Below, one piece after another: positions 22,163 to 31,757 of a stretch of DNA of 61,701 bases. Source of the DNA: a virus (lineage: Duplodnaviria; Caudoviricetes); the IMG/VR virus record IMGVR_UViG_3300008120_000180, positions 1 through 61,701 of that record. One strand, written 5' to 3'. The notes below the pieces were generated by a model. The model made no database searches. It saw only the letters and a program-made list of their open reading frames with translations, and was not told where the DNA came from. The position numbers were made by a program, and so were the translations under genes. Each line of letters begins with the position of its first letter. Positions within the stretch are counted from its first letter, which is position 1.

Positions 22163-23119
22163 TTATTCTGGTGTTACCGCTTGACCTAGATTTTTTTCTT
22201 CATTTAATATCTTTTCAATAAAATCTCTTGTTAACGGATTCGTTTCTTTAAAATCCAATTCAATTTCAATCTCAACTGGTGCGCCTTTTGTAATTCCATC
22301 TTTATTTTTAAATGTAACGAAATTATTTCCTCCGTACGAAACGGTGTAATTTTGTAGTACAGATCTGTAAATCTTATAGATAAATTTATTCTGTTTCCCA
22401 TCACTTGTAAAGAATCTGATTTCAAATTCAGCAGGATATCTATAAAGTAAAGATCCTGCAGCTAATGTTGGATGCATATACTTTTCAAATATTTTTATTA
22501 TCTCATTAATCGTTTCAGATTCTTTTTCAGATTTTGCTATTAATTTGTATTTAAACTTGAATTCTCTAAACTTAACGCCATTAAATAACAATTCTTTATG
22601 TGGATTTAAAGCTAAACCAGCTGCAGCGCCGCCAATCTTTAAAGCGGAGGGTGTAACACTTCCTAGTAATTTTCCTAAAGAAGATGTTATCGGGAATTTT
22701 GTTTGAAGTACTTCTAATGCTGATGGAGCCCCATCACCCGGACTTTTACTCAAATCAGCAACAACTGTACCTAAAACACCAGATATAGCTTGTTTCCCCT
22801 CTTCTATGTAAGAAAAAGAATCATCGTAAGAAACACCATAATTTGTGCTGAGCGACAATGGCATAGGTAGAAATATATTCTCTTTAACTCTTCTTGTACT
22901 ATTTAAACTTTGTCTGATTGTCAATCCTTTTTGAGTGACGTCCCCGCTTTCAATAGCTGTAACTGCATTACCAGCTGTATCTTTGATAGTTTGTACAGCA
23001 TCAGTGTCTGATGCTGCATATGTATCAAGAACAGTTATTAAACAAAAGACTTTACCATATTTAGATCCTAATAGATCTCCTGGGTACATTTTAGCTGCTG
23101 GTATGTTATTATTTGCCAT
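22163..23119 (-). CDS. gp48: Baseplate tail tube cap gp48
   Basis: IFLPMP, NPHKELLFNGVKFREFKF, YPAEFEI, L.F.E motifs. Confidence 0.85.
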   Translation of the reverse strand: MANNNIPAAKMYPGDLLGSKYGKVFCLITVLDTYAASDTDAVQTIKDTAGNAVTAIESGDVTQKGLTIRQSLNSTRRVKENIFLPMPLSLSTNYGVSYDDSFSYIEEGKQAISGVLGTVVADLSKSPGDGAPSALEVLQTKFPITSSLGKLLGSVTPSALKIGGAAAGLALNPHKELLFNGVKFREFKFKYKLIAKSEKESETINEIIKIFEKYMHPTLAAGSLLYRYPAEFEIRFFTSDGKQNKFIYKIYRSVLQNYTVSYGGNNFVTFKNKDGITKGAPVEIEIELDFKETNPLTRDFIEKILNEEKNLGQAVTPE

Positions 23120-23144
23120 TTGTTGTTGTTTCCATATTATCTAT

Positions 23145-23582
23145 TTATTTTAAGAATAAATGATTCTCTGTAATTACAATAAAAGACATACCTTGTTTCT
23201 CAGCATATTTCTTTGCTGCATTCCATTTTGCAGAATTTATAAGATAAGTTTTGACAGTATTCACATAAGATTCAGTTATCTTCTTTGGCCTTTTTGGTTC
23301 TAAAGTTTGCACATATGGTTTAATTTCAACAAGATATTCTTTAATTTCTTTTTCTTTAGTCAAAACCTTAAGATAGAAATCAACAAAGTATCTGTGATAC
23401 TTCCCATCTAATGGAGAAATATAAGGAACAACATGTTCTTCAGAACTAAATTCTAAAATATTTGGATGATTATCTAAGTATTTTAGGAATTTAAGTTCCC
23501 AAGTAGATCTCCAAATTATGTTATTCGGATCTCCTTTGTATTTTCCCTTATTCTTTAAATTATATCTTCCGGAATAAGCCAT
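23145..23582 (-). CDS. gp4: Head completion protein gp4 (TnsA-like nuclease fold)
   Basis: KYKGDPNNIIWRSTWE, HRYFVDF, EIKP, N.AKW.AA. Confidence 0.93.
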   Translation of the reverse strand: MAYSGRYNLKNKGKYKGDPNNIIWRSTWELKFLKYLDNHPNILEFSSEEHVVPYISPLDGKYHRYFVDFYLKVLTKEKEIKEYLVEIKPYVQTLEPKRPKKITESYVNTVKTYLINSAKWNAAKKYAEKQGMSFIVITENHLFLK

Positions 23583-23587
23583 ATTCT

Positions 23588-23602
23588 TATTTATTATAAA
23601 TA
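23588..23602. promoter_or_regulatory. Overlapping divergent T4-type late promoters
   Basis: TATAAATA on + (23595-23602), 6 nt before the 23609 ATG; AATAAATA on -, 5 nt before the gp4 ATG. Confidence 0.7.
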
Positions 23603-23608
23603 TAGATT

Positions 23609-24283
23609 ATGAGATCTCTAAATCAATTCAAAGCGCACATTAATTCACTAGGAACAGTTAAATCTAATAGATTTGAAGTATTCTTCGTTGGCGGTCCAAT
23701 TAGTTGGCCTACGTCACCAAGAGATTTATCTTTTCGTTGTGAGTCATTAAACATACCTGGTTCACAAGTTTTAACCACTGATTTTAAATTGTATGGCGGT
23801 CAACCTATAGTTAAAATACCCAATGGTAGAGCTGTTGATGAAGTTCAAATGACTTTTTTAACTGCCGGAGATATGCGAGACAAATATTGGTTCGACGAAT
23901 GGATAGATAAAATAACTGATCTCAGTAATAATACAGTATCATACTACAATGATGTAGCTTCTGATATTACTATCGATATTTTTAACGAACGTACAATTAG
24001 TATAGAACAAACAGAATCGACGGGTACTTTCGTTGACCTATCTGGTACAGGACCAACTAATAGACCATTTAGAGGACCATCTGGATCTGAATTAGTTCAG
24101 ATCTATTCAGTCAAATTAATAAAAGCGATTCCAACAAGAGTCGAAGCTGTTCAAGTTTCTTGGGCAGATGTTGATCAATTATTCAAATACACGGTAAGTT
24201 TCTCATACGAAACTTTACAATTCTTAAAATCATCGAATATAACAAAATTAGATTACAAACACCTTGATAAATTACAAAAATAA
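23609..24283 (+). CDS. Tail tube initiator gp54 / gp19-like protein
   Basis: NRFEV, CESLNIPG, F.EW...I...YYND, V.FSYE pattern of the tail-tube fold; upstream of gp26. Confidence 0.7.
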   Translation: MRSLNQFKAHINSLGTVKSNRFEVFFVGGPISWPTSPRDLSFRCESLNIPGSQVLTTDFKLYGGQPIVKIPNGRAVDEVQMTFLTAGDMRDKYWFDEWIDKITDLSNNTVSYYNDVASDITIDIFNERTISIEQTESTGTFVDLSGTGPTNRPFRGPSGSELVQIYSVKLIKAIPTRVEAVQVSWADVDQLFKYTVSFSYETLQFLKSSNITKLDYKHLDKLQK

Positions 24284-24295
24284 GGATAGAAAAAT

Positions 24296-25015
24296 ATGCT
24301 ACCGAAATTGAAACACCCATCTTATGAAGTGACAATTCCTTCAAATGAAAAGATATATTCATTTAGACCTTACACCGTAAGAGAACAAAAAATTCTTCTT
24401 ATGATGCAAGAATCAAATTCAATTGAAGAATTATCAAAAACGATAACGGATCTCATAGAATCTTGTTCAACAAATAACTTCTCGACAAAAAATTTAGCAT
24501 ACTTTGATATTGAGTATCTCTTCCTTAAAATAAGAGCTAAATCTGTTGGTGAAACTTCTAATCTATCTTTTAAATGCAATAATCTTATCGGAGAAGATAT
24601 TTGTGGTAATGTTAATAAGATTGAAGTTTCGTTAGAAGATGTTGAAGTTGATTTTTCGAAGGTTGTATCGAAAGAAATAAACATATCAGATAATCTTGTT
24701 ATAAATTTGCGATATCCAAATATTAAATCTGCAAAGTATCTAGAAGAATATAATATTACAAGAAATATAGATAAGTTAATTGCAGCTATATCTGAAGATT
24801 TAGACACAATTGTCGACGAAAATAAAGTATATGATGAGTATACTCAAGATGAATTAAGAGAGTTTCTATTAGGACTAGATCTAACGAGTTTTAAATCTAT
24901 CTTAGAATTCTATCTCAGTGTTCCGAAATTGAGGAAAGTTATCAATTTTAAATGTAGTTCTTGTGGATACGAAGAAGAAGTTACTTTATCTGGTATCTCA
25001 GATTTTTTCGAATAG
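24296..25015 (+). CDS. gp26: Baseplate hub assembly chaperone gp26
   Basis: MLPKL..P.Y...IPS, FRPYTVREQKILL, DIEYLFLKIRAKSVGE, C-terminal CxxC and GISDFF. Confidence 0.9.
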   Translation: MLPKLKHPSYEVTIPSNEKIYSFRPYTVREQKILLMMQESNSIEELSKTITDLIESCSTNNFSTKNLAYFDIEYLFLKIRAKSVGETSNLSFKCNNLIGEDICGNVNKIEVSLEDVEVDFSKVVSKEINISDNLVINLRYPNIKSAKYLEEYNITRNIDKLIAAISEDLDTIVDENKVYDEYTQDELREFLLGLDLTSFKSILEFYLSVPKLRKVINFKCSSCGYEEEVTLSGISDFFE

Positions 25016-25035
25016 CTATTAATAATGATAATTTG

Positions 25036-25197
25036 ATGAACTATTATATTAGTAATTTTACTATGGCGCAGTTTTACAAATATTCGCTTACTGAGTTAGA
25101 TGAAATGTATCCTTGGGAGAGAGAAATTTATATTTCGTTATTAAATAAACACATAGAGGAAGAAAACGAAAGAATAAAAAATGCCAAGAAAAACTAA
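25036..25197 (+). CDS. gp51: Baseplate hub assembly protein gp51 (possibly made as a gp26 frameshift fusion)
   Basis: YY.SNF.M.Q.YKYSLTELDEMYPWEREIYISLL motif; first ATG at 25036. Confidence 0.85.
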   Translation: MNYYISNFTMAQFYKYSLTELDEMYPWEREIYISLLNKHIEEENERIKNAKKN

Positions 25198-27643
25198 TAA
25201 TCAAAAAGTAGCAAGTAGCGTAAGAGGATCTGTAGAAAAATTCTCAGGCGATATCGAATCACTTTCTTCTCAAATAGCTAATCTAACAGATGCAATTATA
25301 TCTGAAAAGAATTTGACTGCATCTAAAATCAAAAGCGAACGTGAATTGCTGGCTAAGAAAACTGCTTTACGAAATCTTAAAGAAGACATCGACGATCTAA
25401 GAAGCGAAAGAAAAAAGAATCAAGATAAATTAGATAAATTATTAGCAGATGCAGAATCAGAAGCACAAAAAGAAAAAGAAGAATTGCGTAAGAAAGAAAC
25501 GCAATATTCTGATTCAGCTAAGAAATCTTTCGAAGGTGGTCAATTCATTAGTGGAATGATCTTTAAATTCTTGGGAAGAAATGAGAAAGATAAGAAACAA
25601 ATTGAAGTAGAAAGAAAGGCTGATAAACAAGCACAGATAGAAGAATTACAAAATAGATCAAAGGCATTAAAAGAACAAACTTCTACATTAAAAGGATTAA
25701 GAACTAATATCATTGGTCTTAATACTAATATAATAGAATCCGAAGAAGAAAGAAAATATGAACAGAGAGACGCCGAAAAGGTTGCATCTGAAGTATCTAA
25801 GTTCGCTAGTGTAAAATTATTAGATATCGAACCAGAAGCTCTTTCTAAATTAGAAAAGATTTTTAAATCTTCGGTATCTGAAAAAGAAAATTCAAATACA
25901 TTATCAGATATTCTTTCTTCATCTCGAGGGTTACTAACATTCTTATCTTCTACTGCAGGAATAGCTGGTATTGCGACGACACTCACAGCTATAGCAGCTT
26001 TAGTAAGTACAAAATTTAAAACAGATGAATATGTTGCTGAAGAAAATAAAAAAGCAATTAAAGATCAAGAAACATCTACTAAATTGATAGAAGGTAGAAT
26101 AACCGAATCAAAAGCCTTAGAACAATTAAAAACTAATGCAGAAGGTTCTAATCTAGCTCTTCAAAGATTAAACGCAGCTGCTGGTGATCTGACATTACAG
26201 GTTCAGGACGAATATGCTGCGAAGATAAAATTAATGAAAATTTATGATGAAGAAGCTAAGAAGAAATTTGGAACTACTCTACAAACACCGACCGAAACAT
26301 TAAAACAATGGTTAGAATCAGATAAACAAAAATTATCTATTGAAACAGACTATGATATAAGAAAAAAACTAGAAGAAAGAATCAAATATAATGAATCTGT
26401 TCTTTCTGGTAGAAACACAACACCAATACCGTCGGGTCCAAGTGTACAAAAGGTTGAAACACCTAAACCAGTACCAACACAAGCAGCTCCACAAAAGGTT
26501 GAAACACCTAAGCCAGTACCAAGTATTGGAATACCAAAAGCTGGTGCTAAACCAACTGCGCAAGTTGAGAGTTCTATCATAGATAGGGTTTTAGGTGAGA
26601 TTGGTTCTTTCTTACCAACTGGAGTTGGGAGTTTAACTCCAACAGCAATGGCGGCAACTACACCTTATTATTCGCCAATAACATTACCAAGAAATGCTGC
26701 ACCTATATTATCACCAAATAAAATTTCTCCTACTCAAGCACTAGAACAAGCATTAAGAGAAAGAGGATTGTCAAAACAATTTATAGCGGCGGCTATTGCT
26801 AATGTATTTAAAGAAAGTGCAGGCGGAATGGTTCCTGAAAATTTGGATTATAGTAAGGACCAAGCCGAAAGAGTCTTAACGATTTTTGGGGAAAGTCGAA
26901 TACTTGGAAAAAATAGTTTAACTAAAGAACAACAGGAAAAATTTAAAGAATATAAACAATTAAAACCAGAACAACAGAAACAATTTTCCTTCTTAACGGA
27001 TGAACAGAGGGCAAAAATCAAATCAATGACAAGTGATATTAATGCATTTACTGAACAAGTTTATGGGGGAGAATTCGGTCGCAAACAATTAGGTAATAAA
27101 GAAAGGGGAGATGCTGTCAAATTCAAAGGTAGAGGATTAGTCCAATTAACAGGACGTGGTAATTACGAAGCAGCGAGTAAGGCATTGGGTGTGGATTTGG
27201 TATCAAATCCTGAGTTAGTTAATGATCCTATAATAGGTCCAAAAGTAGCTGCTTGGTATCTAGAGAATTCTAGTCGTAATAGAGCTAAAAAAATGGGATT
27301 AGATTTAAATACTGTATCCGATCAATCGAAAGTGAATGAGATTGTGACATCTGCTGTAGCAGGATCAACAATAAAACGTGGAGAAAAAACATATTTAGGA
27401 GGTTTACTCTCTAAAGTTGATACACTCTCGAATGAATATAATACAGGTGGTCTGCAGATGTTAGAAAGAGCTACAACTAACAAAGCCCTGAAAGAACCAC
27501 CACAAGGAAACAACGTTTTCGCTGTTAACAATACCAACGTTGTAAATCAACAAAAATCTGGAGGAAAGATAAGAGAAACTCCTCCTCCAACTTACAATCC
27601 TCAAGATAGAACACTTCATTCTAATACAAGAACTGGCGCTTAA
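25181..27643 (+). CDS. Tape-measure-like (gp29 position) protein with C-terminal GH19 chitinase/lysozyme-like domain
   Basis: Long coiled-coil N-terminus; KES...ENL.Y, LGN...GD..KFKGRGLVQLTGRGNY and DLVSNPELV GH19 motifs; follows gp26/gp51. Confidence 0.75.
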   Translation: MPRKTNNQKVASSVRGSVEKFSGDIESLSSQIANLTDAIISEKNLTASKIKSERELLAKKTALRNLKEDIDDLRSERKKNQDKLDKLLADAESEAQKEKEELRKKETQYSDSAKKSFEGGQFISGMIFKFLGRNEKDKKQIEVERKADKQAQIEELQNRSKALKEQTSTLKGLRTNIIGLNTNIIESEEERKYEQRDAEKVASEVSKFASVKLLDIEPEALSKLEKIFKSSVSEKENSNTLSDILSSSRGLLTFLSSTAGIAGIATTLTAIAALVSTKFKTDEYVAEENKKAIKDQETSTKLIEGRITESKALEQLKTNAEGSNLALQRLNAAAGDLTLQVQDEYAAKIKLMKIYDEEAKKKFGTTLQTPTETLKQWLESDKQKLSIETDYDIRKKLEERIKYNESVLSGRNTTPIPSGPSVQKVETPKPVPTQAAPQKVETPKPVPSIGIPKAGAKPTAQVESSIIDRVLGEIGSFLPTGVGSLTPTAMAATTPYYSPITLPRNAAPILSPNKISPTQALEQALRERGLSKQFIAAAIANVFKESAGGMVPENLDYSKDQAERVLTIFGESRILGKNSLTKEQQEKFKEYKQLKPEQQKQFSFLTDEQRAKIKSMTSDINAFTEQVYGGEFGRKQLGNKERGDAVKFKGRGLVQLTGRGNYEAASKALGVDLVSNPELVNDPIIGPKVAAWYLENSSRNRAKKMGLDLNTVSDQSKVNEIVTSAVAGSTIKRGEKTYLGGLLSKVDTLSNEYNTGGLQMLERATTNKALKEPPQGNNVFAVNNTNVVNQQKSGGKIRETPPPTYNPQDRTLHSNTRTGA

Positions 27644-28431
27644 AAGAAAGCATCAAGAGTATTAGAACTAACCTTTAGCCTCTTATCTCTTAATCTCAGT
27701 TCGGCGTGCCCGGTGGTTTTGCGAATATAATATGTACATAGATCTGGATACTTAGATTCTAAGAACTTTGCAGATTCGTCAATTCTCTGTTCAGTTCTTG
27801 TTTCTTGCATACCACCAGGCTCTTTATAATAAGCGGAAGAAACTGTCAGATAATTAATTCTCAGAACAACACCATCTTGAGAGTAATATTTAAGAGTCCG
27901 TTCGAAATCTTCTTTATCTTCTAATCCAACATAAGCAACATCAGAGTGTCGATTAATAGTACCATAGCAAGAACCAATGATGTAATACAAACCTTTACCG
28001 ATATTATCTTTCATAAAGTAAGGATTTGATGCTGCATAAATTCCCCAGATATATGATCCTTCTTTTTCGCAGGCTCTAAACGCAGTTACAATATGTTCTT
28101 TAAAATTTGTACACTCGACCAGTGTCTTTTCATCTTTTCGGAACATAATCTTATCTAGATCGTCGTCGCACCAAACTAACTTAGTTCCTTCTGGAAAGTA
28201 ATTTACAATAAAATTACGATTACCTGCTAGTGTTTTAACAGAAGGAATAATATGTGGCGTTAGTCCGACTTTCTCACATTCATCTTTATATTCAGATAAT
28301 TCATTCTCATCAGATAAGAAACAATAGATATTATTAATATCTACATCATTTCTATTCAATGTACTTAATGTTTTAGTTGCAAAAGTTTTTGCTCTTTTAT
28401 AAGAAGGAACAACAAAAATAAAATCAGACAT
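27640..28431 (-). CDS. TET-associated glycosyltransferase (GT-A fold), copy 1
   Basis: VVPSYKRA N-terminus, RNFI, WCDDD, KEDFERTL, PGGMQ..R; operonic with a TET/JBP gene. Confidence 0.8.
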   Translation of the reverse strand: MSDFIFVVPSYKRAKTFATKTLSTLNRNDVDINNIYCFLSDENELSEYKDECEKVGLTPHIIPSVKTLAGNRNFIVNYFPEGTKLVWCDDDLDKIMFRKDEKTLVECTNFKEHIVTAFRACEKEGSYIWGIYAASNPYFMKDNIGKGLYYIIGSCYGTINRHSDVAYVGLEDKEDFERTLKYYSQDGVVLRINYLTVSSAYYKEPGGMQETRTEQRIDESAKFLESKYPDLCTYYIRKTTGHAELRLRDKRLKVSSNTLDAFF

Positions 28432-28438
28432 ATAACTC

Positions 28439-29215
28439 CTAAATTGTACTTTTTAATTTAGACCACTTAACTTTTTTATGTAGCGACTTACCAAATCCAT
28501 TATATTCAATAATTAGATTCGGATTATTCCATTTCTTAGAAATATGATCAATGGTACATAATAAATTTTGTTCTTTTCTTAGATTTAGATCGTATCCACC
28601 AACACCATTATTTTTAAGAAATTTTCCTCTATTGATCATATGATAATTTATTAGAAATCTATTATGTTTATCTAGACCACCATAAGTTATATGATGATTG
28701 ATTACATAATCAAAATCTTCCAAAAAAGCTACAGATTCATCAAATCTCACTTTTTCTTGTGGTTTATGAACCATAAACTGTCCTGATATCATTCCTTTTT
28801 TAGATATTGAATTATTCGCATAAAAAGGATTTGTATTTGACGGAACTCCAGCAAGATAATAATTAGAATTTTCTAAAGTCGAATGCAATTCATCGACAAC
28901 TTTTATTATTTCAATATGTTTAGATTTCTTTTTATTATTTTGTAAATCTAACACATTCGACGAAATATAATCATCATCCATAGTAACGCAGTATTGATTT
29001 CTATCAAAAGCAAATTCTAGAGAAATATTCAATTGCTTAGATTTCATTGGTAATTCGCCATCAACCAATAATATATTCTTTGCACCTGCTTTTGAATATG
29101 CTTCGTAGTTACTTCTCGGAATTACCCAATAATGTTCTACTTCTTTAAGAACATTATTCATAATAGGAACTGAAAATTCTCTATTTGCAGATTGTATTGT
29201 ATAAAATATACCCAT
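28439..29215 (-). CDS. TET-associated glycosyltransferase (GT-A fold), copy 2
   Basis: IQSANR, TMDDD, RFDE...LEDFDY...H...YGG, GVGG motifs. Confidence 0.72.
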   Translation of the reverse strand: MGIFYTIQSANREFSVPIMNNVLKEVEHYWVIPRSNYEAYSKAGAKNILLVDGELPMKSKQLNISLEFAFDRNQYCVTMDDDYISSNVLDLQNNKKKSKHIEIIKVVDELHSTLENSNYYLAGVPSNTNPFYANNSISKKGMISGQFMVHKPQEKVRFDESVAFLEDFDYVINHHITYGGLDKHNRFLINYHMINRGKFLKNNGVGGYDLNLRKEQNLLCTIDHISKKWNNPNLIIEYNGFGKSLHKKVKWSKLKSTI

Positions 29216-30498
29216 TAGATATCCAACACTCCAGCTTTCTTTCCATAAATATTATCTTCAATCTGTGCAGCATATTCGTGTAACCCATTATCCACTAGAT
29301 ACTTATACCACTCTTCTGTTTCCCACATTCCTTTTGAAACACCATTCCATCTTTCGTGCCACAAAGGATGCTTGTTATTTAATCGACGATTCTCAACGAA
29401 ATTGTATCTTGTGTCTTCATAAGCCTTACTCTTACAATCAGCCATTTTCTCACGCATATAACAAACAACTGAGATTCTTTCTCCTTCACCACCAATAGAA
29501 GTATTACCATGAATCTCATGAACATCCATCATAATTACATCACCAGGTTGAACATCAACAGCTGCTCTGAACTCAGGAAATACAAGATAAGCGCCAGTAT
29601 AAGGAACACCGTTCGAAACAACAGATAAATTACCAAAACCTTCTTTTAGATCACCAGCATCACGATGCGCTGCTGTTCTATAAGTCTTATTAACTGTAAT
29701 AGTTGTGTATGCAGAGTTTCCAATTCTGAATGAAGGATCTAACTTTAGTACTTCTCTATTTTGAACTTCCCAACGACCAGGAATTAATTCCTTGAATAAC
29801 TCGGAAATTCTTTCAATAAAAGGAATAGAGGCTTTGAATTTATCATTATGATTTGTTGAATAAGAAGTGGTGCGGCAATAAGGAATTCTAGGATAACGAT
29901 CAAAATATCCAGCAATACCACTATTTACTGGATTGGCATAAGAAGTATCTGAGATCCAATCATAAATCTTTTCGACTTCTTCTAGTCTTTCGTTAGGAGA
30001 TAGATTCTTTACAGAATGAGCCCAAACATCAAAGTCGAAATCTTTTGGTCTCTTCTGTGTTAACCAAACAGATCCTCTTGATCCAACTTCTGTAGAATTC
30101 TTATACTTCACATACATATCATCAACCGGATTATCAGATGTAACTGTTGTCATTGTACCAGATAAAGTCTCTAAAACTTTTTCTTGTAGAAGAGTTACCC
30201 AGTCACGACCAGTAGACTTCTCAGTTCTTGGACCAGCAGCGATACCACGATTCTGTGATTCACCAGCAGCTTCTCGCAAACTTTGATAAGCAGTAACTTG
30301 CATCTCAGGAGAGAATACACCCTTACGAAATTTAAGTAGAAGATAATCTTCTAAGTTTGGATTCTTATCTGTTGGAGGAATGGGTTTGTACACATCACAA
30401 TCTTCTTGTATTAGAATATCATAGTGAGAATCATCTAAAAAAGTTCCTAATAATTTTTCACCAACTTCAAATCTATTTTTTAGATAAATTGTTTTCAT
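29215..30498 (-). CDS. TET/JBP-family 2OG-Fe(II) dioxygenase
   Basis: YTTITVNKTYRTAAHRDAGD (HxD), MDVHEIHGNT (distal H), ERISVVCYMRE (2OG-binding R); SGIAGYFDRYPRIPYCR. Confidence 0.88.
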   Translation of the reverse strand: MKTIYLKNRFEVGEKLLGTFLDDSHYDILIQEDCDVYKPIPPTDKNPNLEDYLLLKFRKGVFSPEMQVTAYQSLREAAGESQNRGIAAGPRTEKSTGRDWVTLLQEKVLETLSGTMTTVTSDNPVDDMYVKYKNSTEVGSRGSVWLTQKRPKDFDFDVWAHSVKNLSPNERLEEVEKIYDWISDTSYANPVNSGIAGYFDRYPRIPYCRTTSYSTNHNDKFKASIPFIERISELFKELIPGRWEVQNREVLKLDPSFRIGNSAYTTITVNKTYRTAAHRDAGDLKEGFGNLSVVSNGVPYTGAYLVFPEFRAAVDVQPGDVIMMDVHEIHGNTSIGGEGERISVVCYMREKMADCKSKAYEDTRYNFVENRRLNNKHPLWHERWNGVSKGMWETEEWYKYLVDNGLHEYAAQIEDNIYGKKAGVLDI

Positions 30499-30514
30499 AT
30501 AGTCCTTATACTTT

Positions 30515-30543
30515 ATTATACCTTATAATGTGTTCTGTAGCAA
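30515..30543 (-). promoter_or_regulatory. Sigma70-type promoter of the TET-GT operon
   Basis: TTGCTA-N17-TATAAT, then AAGGA RBS. Confidence 0.65.
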
Positions 30544-30564
30544 GTTTTAAAACTTGCTACAGAA
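30533..30564. repeat. Perfect 32-bp palindrome
   Basis: TTCTGTAGCAAGTTTT/AAAACTTGCTACAGAA. Confidence 0.9.
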
Positions 30565-30577
30565 GTATTTAGATAAG

Positions 30578-30946
30578 TTAATCTGGTATTTGCCAATTTC
30601 CATCTTGCGTTTTACATTTTGTAACTTTCGCTTTCTTTTCTTCTCCATCTATTGTTACTAAGATAGGAAATTCTTTACACTCAATCTTTGAGTCAGAAGA
30701 TTCATTTGTTTTCTTAGTAGCTCTACCAACGACAAATCCTAAAACACCAACACCTAATCCTATTGCTGTTGCTGCTCCTGGAGAAATACCAGTTCCTGAT
30801 GTTCTACTTGAATATCCATTCGTAGGATAATGGTAGTGTGTATTATATCTATTTCTATTACGCCATCTCCAATGATTGGCGAAAATTGGTTCTACGGTTG
30901 CGAAGATCAATAAAAAACTAATTAGTAGCTTGCCCATAATTCTCAA
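30578..30946 (-). CDS. Secreted/membrane protein with glycine zipper, 17-kDa surface antigen-like
   Basis: Signal peptide, GAATAIGLGVGVLGFVVG zipper, C-terminal C...CK..DG.W.I. Confidence 0.6.
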   Translation of the reverse strand: MRIMGKLLISFLLIFATVEPIFANHWRWRNRNRYNTHYHYPTNGYSSRTSGTGISPGAATAIGLGVGVLGFVVGRATKKTNESSDSKIECKEFPILVTIDGEEKKAKVTKCKTQDGNWQIPD

Positions 30947-31229
30947 ACTCCTTCTGAGAAAGAATTTTGATATCTAGAAGATTCTGAATCTTGAAACTTC
31001 TATATTCTTTTTTATTTAGGTCGAAGGTAGGAATTACTGATTCGTTTTCTTTACGAGGTTTAATAACCTGCCCTTCAAGCATAACTTTCTTTGGTGTGTA
31101 AGAAGAGTTATTTGTACATAACATTTCACGAATTTCTCCGTTTGTCTTAGTGAACGAGATTAAACAGATATTTTCTTTTAGAGTCTTGATTAACTTATTA
31201 CGATATTCAATAAATTCTTCTTGTGTCAT
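30918..31229 (-). CDS. WYL_2/SH3-like small protein (T4 a-gt.4-like)
   Basis: F.K.NG..R.M.CT...V...FDL.K..YRSF; likely start MTQEEF at 31229. Confidence 0.7.
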   Translation of the reverse strand: MTQEEFIEYRNKLIKTLKENICLISFTKTNGEIREMLCTNNSSYTPKKVMLEGQVIKPRKENESVIPTFDLNKKEYRSFKIQNLLDIKILSQKEFENYGQATN

Positions 31230-31230
31230 A

Positions 31231-31740
31231 TTATTCCTTTTTCTTTTTCTTTTTATCGTGCCAGTAATCATCTATAGATTTTTTAGATTTATTAGTGAAT
31301 CCACGCAAGTCAGGTGAGTCCAGAATAGGTGTACCCATCTGTATAAAATTAAAATCATCTGTACCGAGATAATTTGTTCCAAAATCGGAACCAAACTTTG
31401 AATTGTCAGTATTAACTAATCTAACATTTTGAATTGAACTGTCAATTCTTTCTTTTAGATTATCAGAATCATCAATTACTTCATCTTTTTCGTGATTTAG
31501 ATAGATTAAGAAAATAATATTATGGATTGCTTTGTAGAGATCCTTAACATTCTTACCGTCTTTCTTACCGTAACGAGCCAGATATTCAATAGCGTTCGCA
31601 ACATACGAACCTTCTCCATGACCTATAGCCATAATAAGATCGTTCACTTGAATATTATCTTTTGAATTATAATGTTGCGAATAAGTTGTTACAATATATT
31701 CTAGCACATTATCTAAAATCTCTTTTTCTTTATATTTCAT
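31231..31740 (-). CDS. DUF3310-like phage protein
   Basis: YI..TY.QHY, NAIEYLARYGKKDGKN.KDL.KAIH. Confidence 0.7.
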   Translation of the reverse strand: MKYKEKEILDNVLEYIVTTYSQHYNSKDNIQVNDLIMAIGHGEGSYVANAIEYLARYGKKDGKNVKDLYKAIHNIIFLIYLNHEKDEVIDDSDNLKERIDSSIQNVRLVNTDNSKFGSDFGTNYLGTDDFNFIQMGTPILDSPDLRGFTNKSKKSIDDYWHDKKKKKKE

Positions 31741-31757
31741 TTCACTTTTTCCTTTCT

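Noticed and set aside
23145-23582. TnsA-like nuclease as a transposon gene
   Set aside because: It is the conserved gp4 head-completion gene in its normal context.
1076-26582. Short antisense or alternate-frame ORFs in the track (e.g. 1076-1360, 2304-2519, 3765-4097, 24370-24807, 25540-25986)
   Set aside because: Shadows of long structural genes, without RBS or recognisable motifs.
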